Source of the DNA: a virus
Length of the DNA: 64,000 bases
Reading direction: 5' to 3' (one strand)
Virus record (IMG/VR): IMGVR_UViG_3300036399_001951
Location: 72,740 to 136,739 of that record
The notes below the pieces were generated by a model. It was not told the origin of the DNA. It made no database searches and saw only the letters and a list, made by a program, of their open reading frames with translations. Position numbers and translations under genes: made by a program. Below are positions 9,691 to 19,737 of the stretch, one piece after another (the stretch's first letter is position 1; every line of letters starts with the position of its first letter).

Positions 9691-10538
9691 AAATATTTTG
9701 AATAATTTAAAGTATGTTTAGATTTAATTAGAGCAGAATCATAAAACTTTCTTTTGTAATATGATTTAGTGTGCTCCTCATTAATTTTATTTTTAACCCA
9801 ATTAGGAAGTCGACTCTTATAGAAATCTCGATAAATAGACTCATATAATAATTTAGATTCATGAGGATTTAAATCTAAATTTCGGTCAATTGATTCTACA
9901 AATATTTTTCCATTAATAGATTCAATTATATTTACATTATATACGTCTAAATTAAATTTCTTATTTATGGATTCACATATATTTTCTAGATCTTTAGAAT
10001 ATTGAAATCCGGTTAATTCTACGTCTAATGGAAATTTATTAATCCATTCAACTACACTAATTGGATTACCTTTAAATCCTAAAACTTTAAATCTGGTTCT
10101 AGCAACTGGATTCTCTCTAAATTTAGAATATATCTTTTCTGCATTCCTTAAAGATCCAATTGATTTATGTTCGTCTTTAAAATTTTTACCTATTGCAGTT
10201 ATTGGAAAAGTCAATGATTTTACATTTCTAATGCTATCCACTTCGCTTGGCAAATATCCAAGATCTTTAAATGATTCTAAAACTGATTCCTGATTTGGAA
10301 GCATTGTAGAATTGTATTTATGAGTTAGGCTCTCATTTATAATTTGAGTGGTCTCATTAAAGGTATCAGTGATAATAATTGGAAAGTCTATTGCAGCCTC
10401 CATTAAATCAAACTTATTCTTTATAACTTTAAAATAGGAATGATTAAAATTTTCACTCGTGGCTATTCCAATCTTATTTAAGAAATTAGAAGGATCCGAA
10501 GAGAATTGAGACGAATACTGATCGAAGCTCTTAATCAT
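9687..10538 (-). CDS. degenerate ATP-grasp (RimK-like) protein
   Basis: FPI.A, RFKVLGFKG, LENICESINKKFNLDVYNVNII..NGKIFVESID follow the RimK ATP-grasp layout, but the canonical D and ExN residues are altered. Confidence 0.5.
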   Translation of the reverse strand: MIKSFDQYSSQFSSDPSNFLNKIGIATSENFNHSYFKVIKNKFDLMEAAIDFPIIITDTFNETTQIINESLTHKYNSTMLPNQESVLESFKDLGYLPSEVDSIRNVKSLTFPITAIGKNFKDEHKSIGSLRNAEKIYSKFRENPVARTRFKVLGFKGNPISVVEWINKFPLDVELTGFQYSKDLENICESINKKFNLDVYNVNIIESINGKIFVESIDRNLDLNPHESKLLYESIYRDFYKSRLPNWVKNKINEEHTKSYYKRKFYDSALIKSKHTLNYSKYL

Positions 10539-10560
10539 ATGATTTTTTATAAAGTTTTTA

Positions 10561-10580
10561 TTATTTATTCAAATAAATAA
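10561..10580. promoter_or_regulatory. back-to-back divergent late promoters
   Basis: TTATTTAT followed by ATAAATAA between divergent genes. Confidence 0.65.
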
Positions 10581-10598
10581 AATAAAAGCTAGCAAAAG

Positions 10599-11696
10599 AT
10601 GAATTCATTTAGCACATGGCAACAATTAAACGAAGGCTTATTCAACCCAGCAAATAAAGGAAAAGAGGTCATGCTTACTCCGGACGGAAGAAAGCAAATT
10701 GTTAAATATAAAGTTCAAGGAGATAATAAGTTTTTAATAAAATTAATTAAAAATGCAAGTATTATCGACGAAGGAGGAAATCTAACTAAGACGGGTGCTT
10801 CTAAAATGTTTGAATTTATTAATAATCAATTTGAGATTACTGATGTAATTGGAACATTAAGTGACGCTTGGTTTAAAGATAAAATTTTAATTTACACAGT
10901 TAAGAAGGATACTCAATACTCGGAAGGGGAAGGAGAAAAGGGAAGAGAAAAGGTTCAATTTACCGTAGCAAATAGAGCAGATTTTCCAAAGCTTCCACCT
11001 GACGCTAAGTTTGTAAATTCGGCAATTGCCGAGACCGCGGGATCTGAAGAAAATGCAGCTGTTGTTACTCAAATTGTTACAGATAATAAGGAAACTGTCG
11101 TTAAGGATGATACTAATGAGAATCCAGAGGAAATAAGACAGGAAGAAACTCAAGATGTTGAAGTAGAAGAAACTCAAGATGATGCTCTTATTGGAAAGAA
11201 ATTTAGATATTCCATGAGAACTAATGGAAAACTATATCTAATGGAGTTTATGAATAGTGGAGCTCTACAGGCTGATATAATTGGAGAAAGTAATCCGAAC
11301 GGAGTAGTTAGTTATGAAAATAATGAATCAGGAGGAACCATCAATTGGACAACTGATATTGATGATACGCAATCAAGCGTATCCTGGCTTAAAAATTGGG
11401 GATCAGGCACTCTATTTACAGATCAAGAAATCACTAATAAAGTTGATAGAGAATTTTTTCTTAAAATATTCACAGATGAAGAATATAGAAATAAGATCAT
11501 TGCGGATTATGAAGCAGAGTGGGGAGGTTCAGAAATGACCGTTGAGAATCTAAGAAAGATGCTTTATTACAAGGACAATACTAGGATATTCCCTGAAGCA
11601 GGTAGTGTTGCAAGTAACGAACCTTCAGCAGAAGAAAAGGATTTACCTAGTGGATCCTACGGTGGAGGAGGAACTTATACAGGTCAAATCATTTAA
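10599..11696 (+). CDS. hypothetical virion (internal head) protein
   Basis: leader MNSFSTWQQLNE; late promoter. Confidence 0.6.
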   Translation: MNSFSTWQQLNEGLFNPANKGKEVMLTPDGRKQIVKYKVQGDNKFLIKLIKNASIIDEGGNLTKTGASKMFEFINNQFEITDVIGTLSDAWFKDKILIYTVKKDTQYSEGEGEKGREKVQFTVANRADFPKLPPDAKFVNSAIAETAGSEENAAVVTQIVTDNKETVVKDDTNENPEEIRQEETQDVEVEETQDDALIGKKFRYSMRTNGKLYLMEFMNSGALQADIIGESNPNGVVSYENNESGGTINWTTDIDDTQSSVSWLKNWGSGTLFTDQEITNKVDREFFLKIFTDEEYRNKIIADYEAEWGGSEMTVENLRKMLYYKDNTRIFPEAGSVASNEPSAEEKDLPSGSYGGGGTYTGQII

Positions 11697-11713
11697 AAAA
11701 TAAAATAAACGTT

Positions 11714-13288
11714 ATGTACAACCCGAAATTATACATGAATATTAAAAATTATGGGAATTATATTGCTGAAGCAAGCGCTGTCTTGTCAGAGGAATTGAAC
11801 CCTAGATTAAAGCAATATCTAGAGGATGATCCTTTTCTTGAATATTTAGCAACTAAGTTTTCTTCTCTTGAATCTGGAGAAACATATGAATTAACTGATC
11901 TTCCAAAATCAGAGTATGGTCTTCGAGAAGAGGATAATATTTGGGTAAAAGTAGATAAGTCTGATCCTAAAATTCCTAAATTCATGATGTGGATTATGAA
12001 TGATGAGTACCTATACGGTGGAATAGATTTCAACTTAGCTGCAACTATATTATATGAAGCAGGTAACGTAGGAAGTGCTGTTGGATACGTTGGAAATTTA
12101 ATAGGCGGTTTATTCGGTAAAGGGGATCCCGGAGATTCTGGAACTGATGAAGATACTGTAGTGGCAGTTTGTGGAGCAATGGCTGCAATTGCAGCTGAAA
12201 AATCAGTTGATCCTAAATTATATTATGATAAGCTAGCAGAGGCATTCAATCAAAAATACGGAAGCTTAACTGATTTTTTAGAAACTGAATTTTCAGGTAG
12301 AGCAGAATCGGCAGCATTAGCTGCATTTAGACAACCAATTGACTCTTCAGTTTCTAGAGGTTTAAATCTTGGAAGTATTTTACTTGATATCGGACTTACT
12401 ATTGTTACATTTGGAGGTGGAACCGTAGTAGCAAGTGCTTTAAGAGGAGCTGGAGCTGCCGCTAAATCTACTAGAATAGGAGCCGGGGTTGTAAACGTAG
12501 GAAGTAAACTTCTCAAAGGACCTGCAGCAATTGCAGCTAGATTTGGAGGATGGGTAGGACTAAGTGCTGCGCAAAAAACAACTTATTTAGGATCTGCGGT
12601 TAAAGTTGGAGAAGAAATAAGCTATATAACTCGAACTGGTAAAAATGCAGGAGCTGCAAATGCATGTAAAATAATAGACATAACTGAAAACGGAGTTCAA
12701 TTACAAAACGTGGCTAAAGGAAATACTTTTATGGCAAGTCTAGATGATTTTATATTAGGAGCTCCTGCAGCAACAGGTAATCGTATTTTAGATGCAGCTG
12801 GACTTACAGCTACTGCAGCTGGACTTGCATTAGCTACTAAAAAGACATCAGATATAGTTGGAGCATCTTCAAGTGATGTAAACGCAGACGGCGCAAATTG
12901 GGCAGAAAAGGGAGCTGAGATTATGGGCTGGTATGATACACTAGCCGCTGATCCAAATCAATATATGGCATCTTTAGGAGGATCCGACGCAGCTGGATTG
13001 GCTCAAGCAATATTAGATTTAAAGAAAGGTTCTGGATTATTTGGAAATACTACCGATCAAGAAGAACTAGCAATGGCTCTTATTATATTAAGCTTAACTC
13101 CAGAAGGAGCAAAGCAGGTAAAAGATGAATATGCTAAACTAGACAATGTTCCGGTATATGCAGTAATCGACGACGAATTAGGAGGAGATATGGGTCTCTT
13201 TGCTAAATCTTACTGGTCAGCTTGTACTGGAGAAGGAAACATGACAGGGCCAATTAAAGGAATCCTTACTAAGATTAGAAAAAAATAA
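11714..13288 (+). CDS. annexin-repeat-like virion protein with central hydrophobic hairpin
   Basis: SGTDEDTVVAV...AFNQKYGSLTDFLETEFSG and TTDQEE...KQVKDEYAKL...VIDDELGGD resemble annexin repeats; leader NIKNYGNYIAE (start may be 11735). Confidence 0.6.
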   Translation: MYNPKLYMNIKNYGNYIAEASAVLSEELNPRLKQYLEDDPFLEYLATKFSSLESGETYELTDLPKSEYGLREEDNIWVKVDKSDPKIPKFMMWIMNDEYLYGGIDFNLAATILYEAGNVGSAVGYVGNLIGGLFGKGDPGDSGTDEDTVVAVCGAMAAIAAEKSVDPKLYYDKLAEAFNQKYGSLTDFLETEFSGRAESAALAAFRQPIDSSVSRGLNLGSILLDIGLTIVTFGGGTVVASALRGAGAAAKSTRIGAGVVNVGSKLLKGPAAIAARFGGWVGLSAAQKTTYLGSAVKVGEEISYITRTGKNAGAANACKIIDITENGVQLQNVAKGNTFMASLDDFILGAPAATGNRILDAAGLTATAAGLALATKKTSDIVGASSSDVNADGANWAEKGAEIMGWYDTLAADPNQYMASLGGSDAAGLAQAILDLKKGSGLFGNTTDQEELAMALIILSLTPEGAKQVKDEYAKLDNVPVYAVIDDELGGDMGLFAKSYWSACTGEGNMTGPIKGILTKIRKK

Positions 13289-13300
13289 AAATTCTAATTT

Positions 13301-15703
13301 ATGAATTTTAATTTATATTTAAATAGATTATATGAAGTGGCACCGGCTTCTCCAGAATCTTATGGAACAAATATTGGAATCACTGATAAATCTGATAGTT
13401 CATATAGAAACAGTCTTGAACAGCCGAAATCAGGCCCGATTGGAAATTTAGTAAATTCTGCATGGGCAAATCTGAATGTCCCGACTAGAAGCATTCCAGA
13501 CACCAGTAATGGTAACATGGGATGTGCTGCCGCTACTTCAATAATCTTTTATAGAGCAACAGGTTTACCTATTATTCCAGGTAAAAAGATAGTATTGGGT
13601 ACCAGTACTCTATGGTCTTCCTTTACTAGCCGACCTAATGAATGGCAAAAAATATCTAATTGGCAAACTGATTGGCAGCCTGGAGATATAATCTTGACAT
13701 CTAAGGGAAGTAAAGCTGGTCATGTTGGTGTAATAGTCGATGGTGGAAAGATAATATCTAATTCATCAGGAGGATTTAACGGAGATAAGAAAGGACAAAT
13801 TGAACAGAATTATTCAAGCGTCACATCTTGGCAATCAATTGCTAAGAGAAATCCAAAACAAACTGCATGTTTTAGATATATTGGAAAATGGAGAGAATCA
13901 TGGGGAGGTCCTATATATGATAAACCTCAGGATCCAAGTAGACCAGGTGAAATGGAAATGAAGCATATTGTTGGTGGAAACTCATTTGTAATGGGACCGG
14001 GTCCAGATCAACATGCAGGGTATGAAGGATGGATGAATCAAAACGCATGGGATATAATGGCCCCTGTTGGAACTCCAATATGCTCTGTGTTTTCTGGTAA
14101 AATAAATAAAGTTACTCTCTTAAGTGATAGCGAAAATACTTTTGGCTGGAGTGTCTTAATTTTATCTGATGATAATAAATATCAAGCATTTTATGCTAAC
14201 TTTGGAGAAGTAATGCCTGAGATTAAAGAAGGATCAACTATTAAAGTTGGAGATATAATAGGATATATAGGAAAACCTAAGAGCAATCCTGATTGGAGAA
14301 CTCACTCGCATATATCAATAGGTCCAGATTCTGGATCGAATCTAAAGAATTTTATAGATAATTCTGGAAATATTAAAGGAACTGGAGATGTTCCAGTTAG
14401 AACAATAATCCCGGTTAAATCAACTCTAAGCGAGCTTGAATTAATAAAAGCTGAGGATTTTGTCGGAGATCGACTAATCTTAAAAATGGGATCTACTGGA
14501 GAAAAGGTAAGGGATCTACAGTACACACTAAAAACCAAGTATGGTTATCCTCTTCCTCAAAGTGGAATAGACGGAGAATTCGGACCCGAAACCAGAGCTG
14601 CAATTAGAGATTTTCAAAGAAAGAGAGGATTATTAATAGATGGAGAAGTTGGAGAGGAAACCGCATATGCTCTAGCCAATAATACTCCGATTGATTTAGA
14701 TAGAAAATCTAGTAAATGGTTAGATCAAACTAAATTTAAAATCTACGACAGTAAACATCGAAAGATTTTAATTGCTAAATTGGAATCAAAGACATATATC
14801 AAAATTAAAAATAGATATGGAACTGAGATAGGAGACGCTCGACTTGAATCCGGTAGAATTTCAATAAATTATCGAGTTAAAGGAGATAATATAAATCTAG
14901 ACGGATCTGATCCAAAAGACTCTGTTTATAAGGGAATATATAACATATTTAATAGAATATCAGGTGGAATAATATCAGAGATACCTACAAATACTGAAAA
15001 AGAAATAATTACTCCTGAAACAGAGGAAGAAGACGTAGTTAGCGGAGATTTTAAAATATCGCATAGATATTCTGGAGTAAAAGCTACTAATATCCAGGCT
15101 TTAATAAATGAAATGAATCGCCAGGGGGTAAAAAATCCATATGCTCAAATTGCAATATTAGCGGTTATTGGCAAAGAATGTGGGTTTGTTCCAAAAAATG
15201 AAATTATGAGTTATTCAAAGGAAAGACTGCCTGAAGTATGGGGAGTTTTTTCAAAAACTGGAAAACGAGTAGAAAAAGGACAGGGTAAATATAACTGGAA
15301 TGCTCTAGCTGCTCAGCATGAACGTCAACCTGAAAAATTAGCAAATTTTGTATATGGAGGTCAATTTCATAATAACAGAAGTGGTGACGGTTGGAAATAT
15401 CGTGGTAGAGGATTTAATGGAATAACATTTAAATCTGGATACGAAAAATATTCTAGTATTACTGGAATAGATCTTGTTAGTAATCCCGATAGATTGAATG
15501 ATATTAATGTAGCATCAGAAGTAGCAGTAAAGTTTTTAATAAATGGAGTCAAATCTTTAGGAAAAGACCCTATGCAGTTTACAAATCAACAGGATGCAAC
15601 GTATTATGCAACCAAAGCAAATGCAGGTGGACGCGAAATAAAATATGATGAAACCTATGCAAAGGCTAAAGAAGTAGAGAAAAACTTTTTAATCACAGCA
15701 TAA
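13301..15703 (+). CDS. multidomain peptidoglycan hydrolase: NlpC/P60-CHAP-like + M23 + PG-binding + GH19
   Basis: GCAAA..PGDII..GHVGV; WDIMAPVGTPI..HSH; LKMGSTGEKVRDLQ..IDGEFGPETRAAIRDFQ; GDGWKYRGRGFNGIT..NPD.L. Confidence 0.85.
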   Translation: MNFNLYLNRLYEVAPASPESYGTNIGITDKSDSSYRNSLEQPKSGPIGNLVNSAWANLNVPTRSIPDTSNGNMGCAAATSIIFYRATGLPIIPGKKIVLGTSTLWSSFTSRPNEWQKISNWQTDWQPGDIILTSKGSKAGHVGVIVDGGKIISNSSGGFNGDKKGQIEQNYSSVTSWQSIAKRNPKQTACFRYIGKWRESWGGPIYDKPQDPSRPGEMEMKHIVGGNSFVMGPGPDQHAGYEGWMNQNAWDIMAPVGTPICSVFSGKINKVTLLSDSENTFGWSVLILSDDNKYQAFYANFGEVMPEIKEGSTIKVGDIIGYIGKPKSNPDWRTHSHISIGPDSGSNLKNFIDNSGNIKGTGDVPVRTIIPVKSTLSELELIKAEDFVGDRLILKMGSTGEKVRDLQYTLKTKYGYPLPQSGIDGEFGPETRAAIRDFQRKRGLLIDGEVGEETAYALANNTPIDLDRKSSKWLDQTKFKIYDSKHRKILIAKLESKTYIKIKNRYGTEIGDARLESGRISINYRVKGDNINLDGSDPKDSVYKGIYNIFNRISGGIISEIPTNTEKEIITPETEEEDVVSGDFKISHRYSGVKATNIQALINEMNRQGVKNPYAQIAILAVIGKECGFVPKNEIMSYSKERLPEVWGVFSKTGKRVEKGQGKYNWNALAAQHERQPEKLANFVYGGQFHNNRSGDGWKYRGRGFNGITFKSGYEKYSSITGIDLVSNPDRLNDINVASEVAVKFLINGVKSLGKDPMQFTNQQDATYYATKANAGGREIKYDETYAKAKEVEKNFLITA

Positions 15704-15749
15704 AACCTAGTAATTCTACAGTTGTATAATAAATAAAAATTATATTATT

Positions 15750-16331
15750 ATGCAAACAATGGGAAACAATTTAAATCCGGAAACAATTTCAGAAGTAGTT
15801 GAGGAAACAGTAGAAGACACTGTAGAAAATACTCTTGAAGATTTAGTTGAGGAAACAGTAGAAGACACTGTAGAAAATACTCTTGAAGATTTAGTAGAGG
15901 AAAAAACTGAAGAATTAGTAGAAGAAGAGAACCTTTCTCCAGCTGATAAGTTAGCTAAGCTTCAGACTGAAAGAATGGGAAATTTTAACGTCACTCTGTC
16001 TTATGACGACGCTTCTTATCTTAAAAATCTCTTAGATAAAGTTGAATTTAAAGGACCTCAACAGGCATATTTATTGATTATTTCAAAATTAGAAATGACT
16101 CAAATCTGTGAAACCATTAAAGGTCTACCGAAAGAGAGCCGACATAGTGTTGAAATCTCTGCTGCCGCAATTGAATCTATAAGCTTCTTCATTAATTCTA
16201 AAACCGGGAAAGGAATAGATTCTGCCCAAAGATTATTCTCTGCATCTATGCAATTAAGACCTGCTATTTCACATATCAATAGAATTGAAGATGAGATCGA
16301 TGCTCTTAAAAAAGAGAACGGTATTTCTTAA
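15750..16331 (+). CDS. hypothetical protein with acidic repeated N-terminus
   Basis: 193-aa ORF preceded by AAAC-N17-GTATAAT. Confidence 0.65.
   Translation: MQTMGNNLNPETISEVVEETVEDTVENTLEDLVEETVEDTVENTLEDLVEEKTEELVEEENLSPADKLAKLQTERMGNFNVTLSYDDASYLKNLLDKVEFKGPQQAYLLIISKLEMTQICETIKGLPKESRHSVEISAAAIESISFFINSKTGKGIDSAQRLFSASMQLRPAISHINRIEDEIDALKKENGIS
15797..15895 (+). repeat. 48-bp tandem duplication (VEETVEDTVENTLEDL x2)
   Basis: agttgaggaaacagtagaagacactgtagaaaatactcttgaagattt repeated in tandem. Confidence 0.9.
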
Positions 16332-16405
16332 ATAATTGTATTTTGATAATATTTTTTTTGAAATTTTCATTTATCTCATAGATAAATAATAAAAAACAAA
16401 TTAAA

Positions 16406-16759
16406 ATGAAAGTTAAGAATTTTTCAGGATTCATGAGATCTAAGTTAAATGAATCAATGGGCGAGGAATACGATGAAATGGGAATGGGCATGTACGGTGC
16501 AAATCCTGAAGACGCTGATGAAGCTGACGAAGACGCTGATGCCTCTGACGAAGATGGAGCTGACGAAGAGCCACTTACTTTAGAAGATCTTAAAGCTATG
16601 ATCGACGAACTTACTGAAAGAGTTGAAGCTCTTGAAGGAGGAGGAGACGAAGATGGAGCTGACGAAGATGGAGCTGACGAAGAAGGATCTGACGAAGAAG
16701 ATCCTGCTGCTAATGAATCTTGGAGATTTAATAAATCTAGAAGATACAAGAGATATTAA
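16406..16759 (+). CDS. small, very acidic prohead-core/internal protein candidate
   Basis: leader MKVKNFSGFMRSKLNES; DEDGA repeats; late promoter. Confidence 0.65.
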   Translation: MKVKNFSGFMRSKLNESMGEEYDEMGMGMYGANPEDADEADEDADASDEDGADEEPLTLEDLKAMIDELTERVEALEGGGDEDGADEDGADEEGSDEEDPAANESWRFNKSRRYKRY

Positions 16760-16800
16760 TCTTAAGTATTCTAAAATAAATATTATCTAACTAGAAAGGT

Positions 16801-16830
16801 AAAAGGGCGAATTTATATTTGCCCTTTTTT
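16801..16830 (+). terminator. intrinsic terminator
   Basis: AAAAGGGCGAAT-loop-ATTTGCCCTTTTTT. Confidence 0.75.
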
Positions 16831-16847
16831 ATTTAAAATCTAATAAT

Positions 16848-17285
16848 ATGCAATATAATAATTCAAATAGAATGATTCCTCTCTTTGAGAACTATTGTCG
16901 TCAAAATCAGATTGATGGTAAAATGATCACCGCGGACATTGATGGCAAATCGCTTAAATTAAAGGTGGCCTCTACTCCAGATAGTATGATGAAAGGATAT
17001 TCAAATTCAGATGAGCCTAAAGAAGGGGAAGGAATGATCTTTATTTATCCAGAATCTGCTCCTCTCTATTTTTGGATGAAGGGAGTAGATTTTCCTCTTG
17101 ATATTATATTCTTTGATTCTGCAATGAATATGGTTGAATATCTTACAATGGAGCCTTGTGGATCTGCTAGGGAAGAGGATCTACCTAGATATCAATCATC
17201 TAAGCCTGCTAGATTTGCAGTCGAGGTGCCTGCAAACTGGTGTGAATCTAATAAAATAAGCAAGAATTGTAGGCTTAAATTTTAA
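16848..17285 (+). CDS. DUF192 family protein
   Basis: VASTP..MMKG, GMIFIY, FWMKGVDFPLDIIF, PARFAVEVPA. Confidence 0.85.
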   Translation: MQYNNSNRMIPLFENYCRQNQIDGKMITADIDGKSLKLKVASTPDSMMKGYSNSDEPKEGEGMIFIYPESAPLYFWMKGVDFPLDIIFFDSAMNMVEYLTMEPCGSAREEDLPRYQSSKPARFAVEVPANWCESNKISKNCRLKF

Positions 17286-17329
17286 TACCCAGGTTTAATA
17301 TAGCTAATATATTTTAGTATATTAAACCT

Positions 17330-18721
17330 ATGAAAATTAAAGAAATATTCGATGAAATAAGATTAGAATCTGGAACTAATCTTAAAATGGAAATTCTTAA
17401 AGAGAATTCTAAAGCAAATCTTTTAAAAGAAGTTCTATATAATACTTATTCAAATAAGATTAAGTATCATATCAAGCAAATACCAGAATATTCTCCTAAT
17501 TCCGGAGAGGAATTTATGGATCTATCGTCTGCCTTAATTATATTAAAATCAATCTCAGATCGTAAGGTAACTGGAAATGATGCGATCGAATGCTTAAGAG
17601 CAGTTTTACAATTGCTTCACCCAGACGATGCTCATGTAGTAGAAAGAATCATTGAGAAAGATGCAAAAATTGGGATGGCCCGAACTAATATCAATAAAAT
17701 ATTTCCAGGTCTTATCGAAACAACTCCATACCAAGGAGCCCAATCCTTTAGCGAAAAACGAGCAAAAGATATATTAGCAGAGGGTCCAGCGTGGAGCCAG
17801 ATTAAAATGGATGGAAGGTATTGTAATGCCATTATTCAAGAAGGATCTGTATTTTTAGAGAGTAGATCAGGCGAACCTACTAATATATTAGGAGCAACTA
17901 TTATAGGGGAGCTTTCTAAATGGGATGACTGTGTTCTAAATGGAGAATTAACTATAGATGGAGTCGATCGAAATACTAGCAATGGTATTATAAATTCTAT
18001 CATATCAATGAGCAATAAGATTCAACAAGGTGAAGATATAGATTCTGATATTGAAAACATTAAGGATCGCCATAGCATTTCATATGAAGATGCACTTGAC
18101 CTAATTAGATTTACTATATGGGACCGAATTGAGATCGATGAATATTTTGAAGGAGAATCTAAGGTTCCGTATATGGATAGATTTAGTAAACTCAAAAATC
18201 GAATAGATATACACGAATGTTCTATGGTTGGATTAGTAGAGACTCAACTTGTTTTAACATATGAAGAAGCTATGAACCACTTTATTTCTGTTTTAGGAAG
18301 GGGACTGGAGGGAACTATATTAAAATCAATTACTGCCCCTTGGAAAGATGGTAAGCCTAAATGGCAAATTAAAATGAAGCTTGAAATAGATCTCGATATG
18401 AAAATAATCGGATTTAATTATGGTACACCAGGAACTAAGAACGAGAATGTCATATCATCACTCACGGTGCAATCTTCTTGCGGTAAAGTAGTAACACGTC
18501 CAGGTGGAATAGATGAATCTACGATGACCTGGATCACTCAGAATCAACCAAAATTGATGGGAACCATAGTATCAATGAAATGTTGTGGACTATCTCACGA
18601 TAATGAGGGAAATTACTCCACGCTACACCCGGTTTTTAAATCTTTGCGTGACGATAAGCATGATGCCGATTCTCTAGATAAAATTCTAGAGATTGAAAAA
18701 ATGGCAAAATTTCTTTCATAA
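17330..18721 (+). CDS. lig: ATP-dependent DNA ligase (T4 gp30-like)
   Basis: motif I QIKMDGRY, LNGEL, EGTILK, KMK, C-terminal OB-fold with HPVF..LRDDK. Confidence 0.92.
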   Translation: MKIKEIFDEIRLESGTNLKMEILKENSKANLLKEVLYNTYSNKIKYHIKQIPEYSPNSGEEFMDLSSALIILKSISDRKVTGNDAIECLRAVLQLLHPDDAHVVERIIEKDAKIGMARTNINKIFPGLIETTPYQGAQSFSEKRAKDILAEGPAWSQIKMDGRYCNAIIQEGSVFLESRSGEPTNILGATIIGELSKWDDCVLNGELTIDGVDRNTSNGIINSIISMSNKIQQGEDIDSDIENIKDRHSISYEDALDLIRFTIWDRIEIDEYFEGESKVPYMDRFSKLKNRIDIHECSMVGLVETQLVLTYEEAMNHFISVLGRGLEGTILKSITAPWKDGKPKWQIKMKLEIDLDMKIIGFNYGTPGTKNENVISSLTVQSSCGKVVTRPGGIDESTMTWITQNQPKLMGTIVSMKCCGLSHDNEGNYSTLHPVFKSLRDDKHDADSLDKILEIEKMAKFLS

Positions 18722-18774
18722 GAAAACCCGTAAATTATTTAGCTGTATAAATAATCGTTTTAAATTATATAAAA

Positions 18775-18978
18775 ATGAGATACTATTTAGGAAAAATTCA
18801 ATTTGAGACCATTGACGACAATAATGGCAGAACTAGAAAAACCAAAGAACAATATTTGGTAGAAGCATTTGATATTTCAGATGCCGAAAAAAAGCTAAAA
18901 GATATGTTTAAAGATAGCATGTCTGATGTTTCAGTAATCAGCGTAGCTGAATCCCCAATCATGGGAATTGTTAGATAA
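18775..18978 (+). CDS. DUF4494-like protein
   Basis: KIQFETID..GR.RK.KEQYLVEA.D...AE pattern of the Bacteroidota DUF4494 family. Confidence 0.6.
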   Translation: MRYYLGKIQFETIDDNNGRTRKTKEQYLVEAFDISDAEKKLKDMFKDSMSDVSVISVAESPIMGIVR

Positions 18979-18980
18979 CT

Positions 18981-19232
18981 ATGGACAGATTGCCGACTAA
19001 AGTTGCTGAGGATATTTACGACGTATTGGTAAAATATGCCGAAGTTGATTCTGATTACTATCACAGAGAATTATTTGTCTATCACTTTGGATTAAAGAGA
19101 GGAATGAAATCATTCAATCTCCATTGCATGGATGGAAAAAACAGATGGTTTGTGAGAGAGCATGAAGAATATAAATTAGTTGGAAAAGGAGAAAATAAAG
19201 TAAACTCCATTATAAGAGGAATGTTAAAGTGA
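18981..19232 (+). CDS. hypothetical protein
   Basis: 83-aa ORF in operon. Confidence 0.6.
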   Translation: MDRLPTKVAEDIYDVLVKYAEVDSDYYHRELFVYHFGLKRGMKSFNLHCMDGKNRWFVREHEEYKLVGKGENKVNSIIRGMLK

Positions 19233-19678
19233 TGCAGTCTCAATTTAGAGTTCCTTTAGAGAAAGACTCTTTTTTCTATCAGGATTTTTTCATGTTGATG
19301 TCTAATTCAATGCAGGAGCTTCTAATAGATTATCAAGAATGGCCTGATGAAATTCAATTTATTGGCAAATTAGGGAAAGAATTAAAAGATATTATTGTAG
19401 ATAAGGGATGGGATTTCTCAAAATTCAATATTAAATGTTTTAATTCTTCTCCCTTAAATAAAATAGTATTTAAATATTCTAAGCCATTAACTGTATCTGA
19501 TTTCAAAACCGAGGATGGATCTATTCCTCACATTAACGCAGATAGTTTAAATCAAAAGATGATTAATGGTATACCTGGCCCTGAAACTATGAATAAAATA
19601 ATTTCCAATTCTATTGGCCGAGGATTCAATATTGAAAAAACTGTTCGACCGGAGTTAGAAATACTCTTGATTCGATAG
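19229..19678 (+). CDS. hypothetical protein
   Basis: 149-aa ORF overlapping the upstream stop. Confidence 0.6.
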   Translation: MMQSQFRVPLEKDSFFYQDFFMLMSNSMQELLIDYQEWPDEIQFIGKLGKELKDIIVDKGWDFSKFNIKCFNSSPLNKIVFKYSKPLTVSDFKTEDGSIPHINADSLNQKMINGIPGPETMNKIISNSIGRGFNIEKTVRPELEILLIR

Positions 19679-19737
19679 TTTAATAAAAAATATCTAATCT
19701 TATTGGAATAAATAATAAAAATAAATGATTTATTCTA

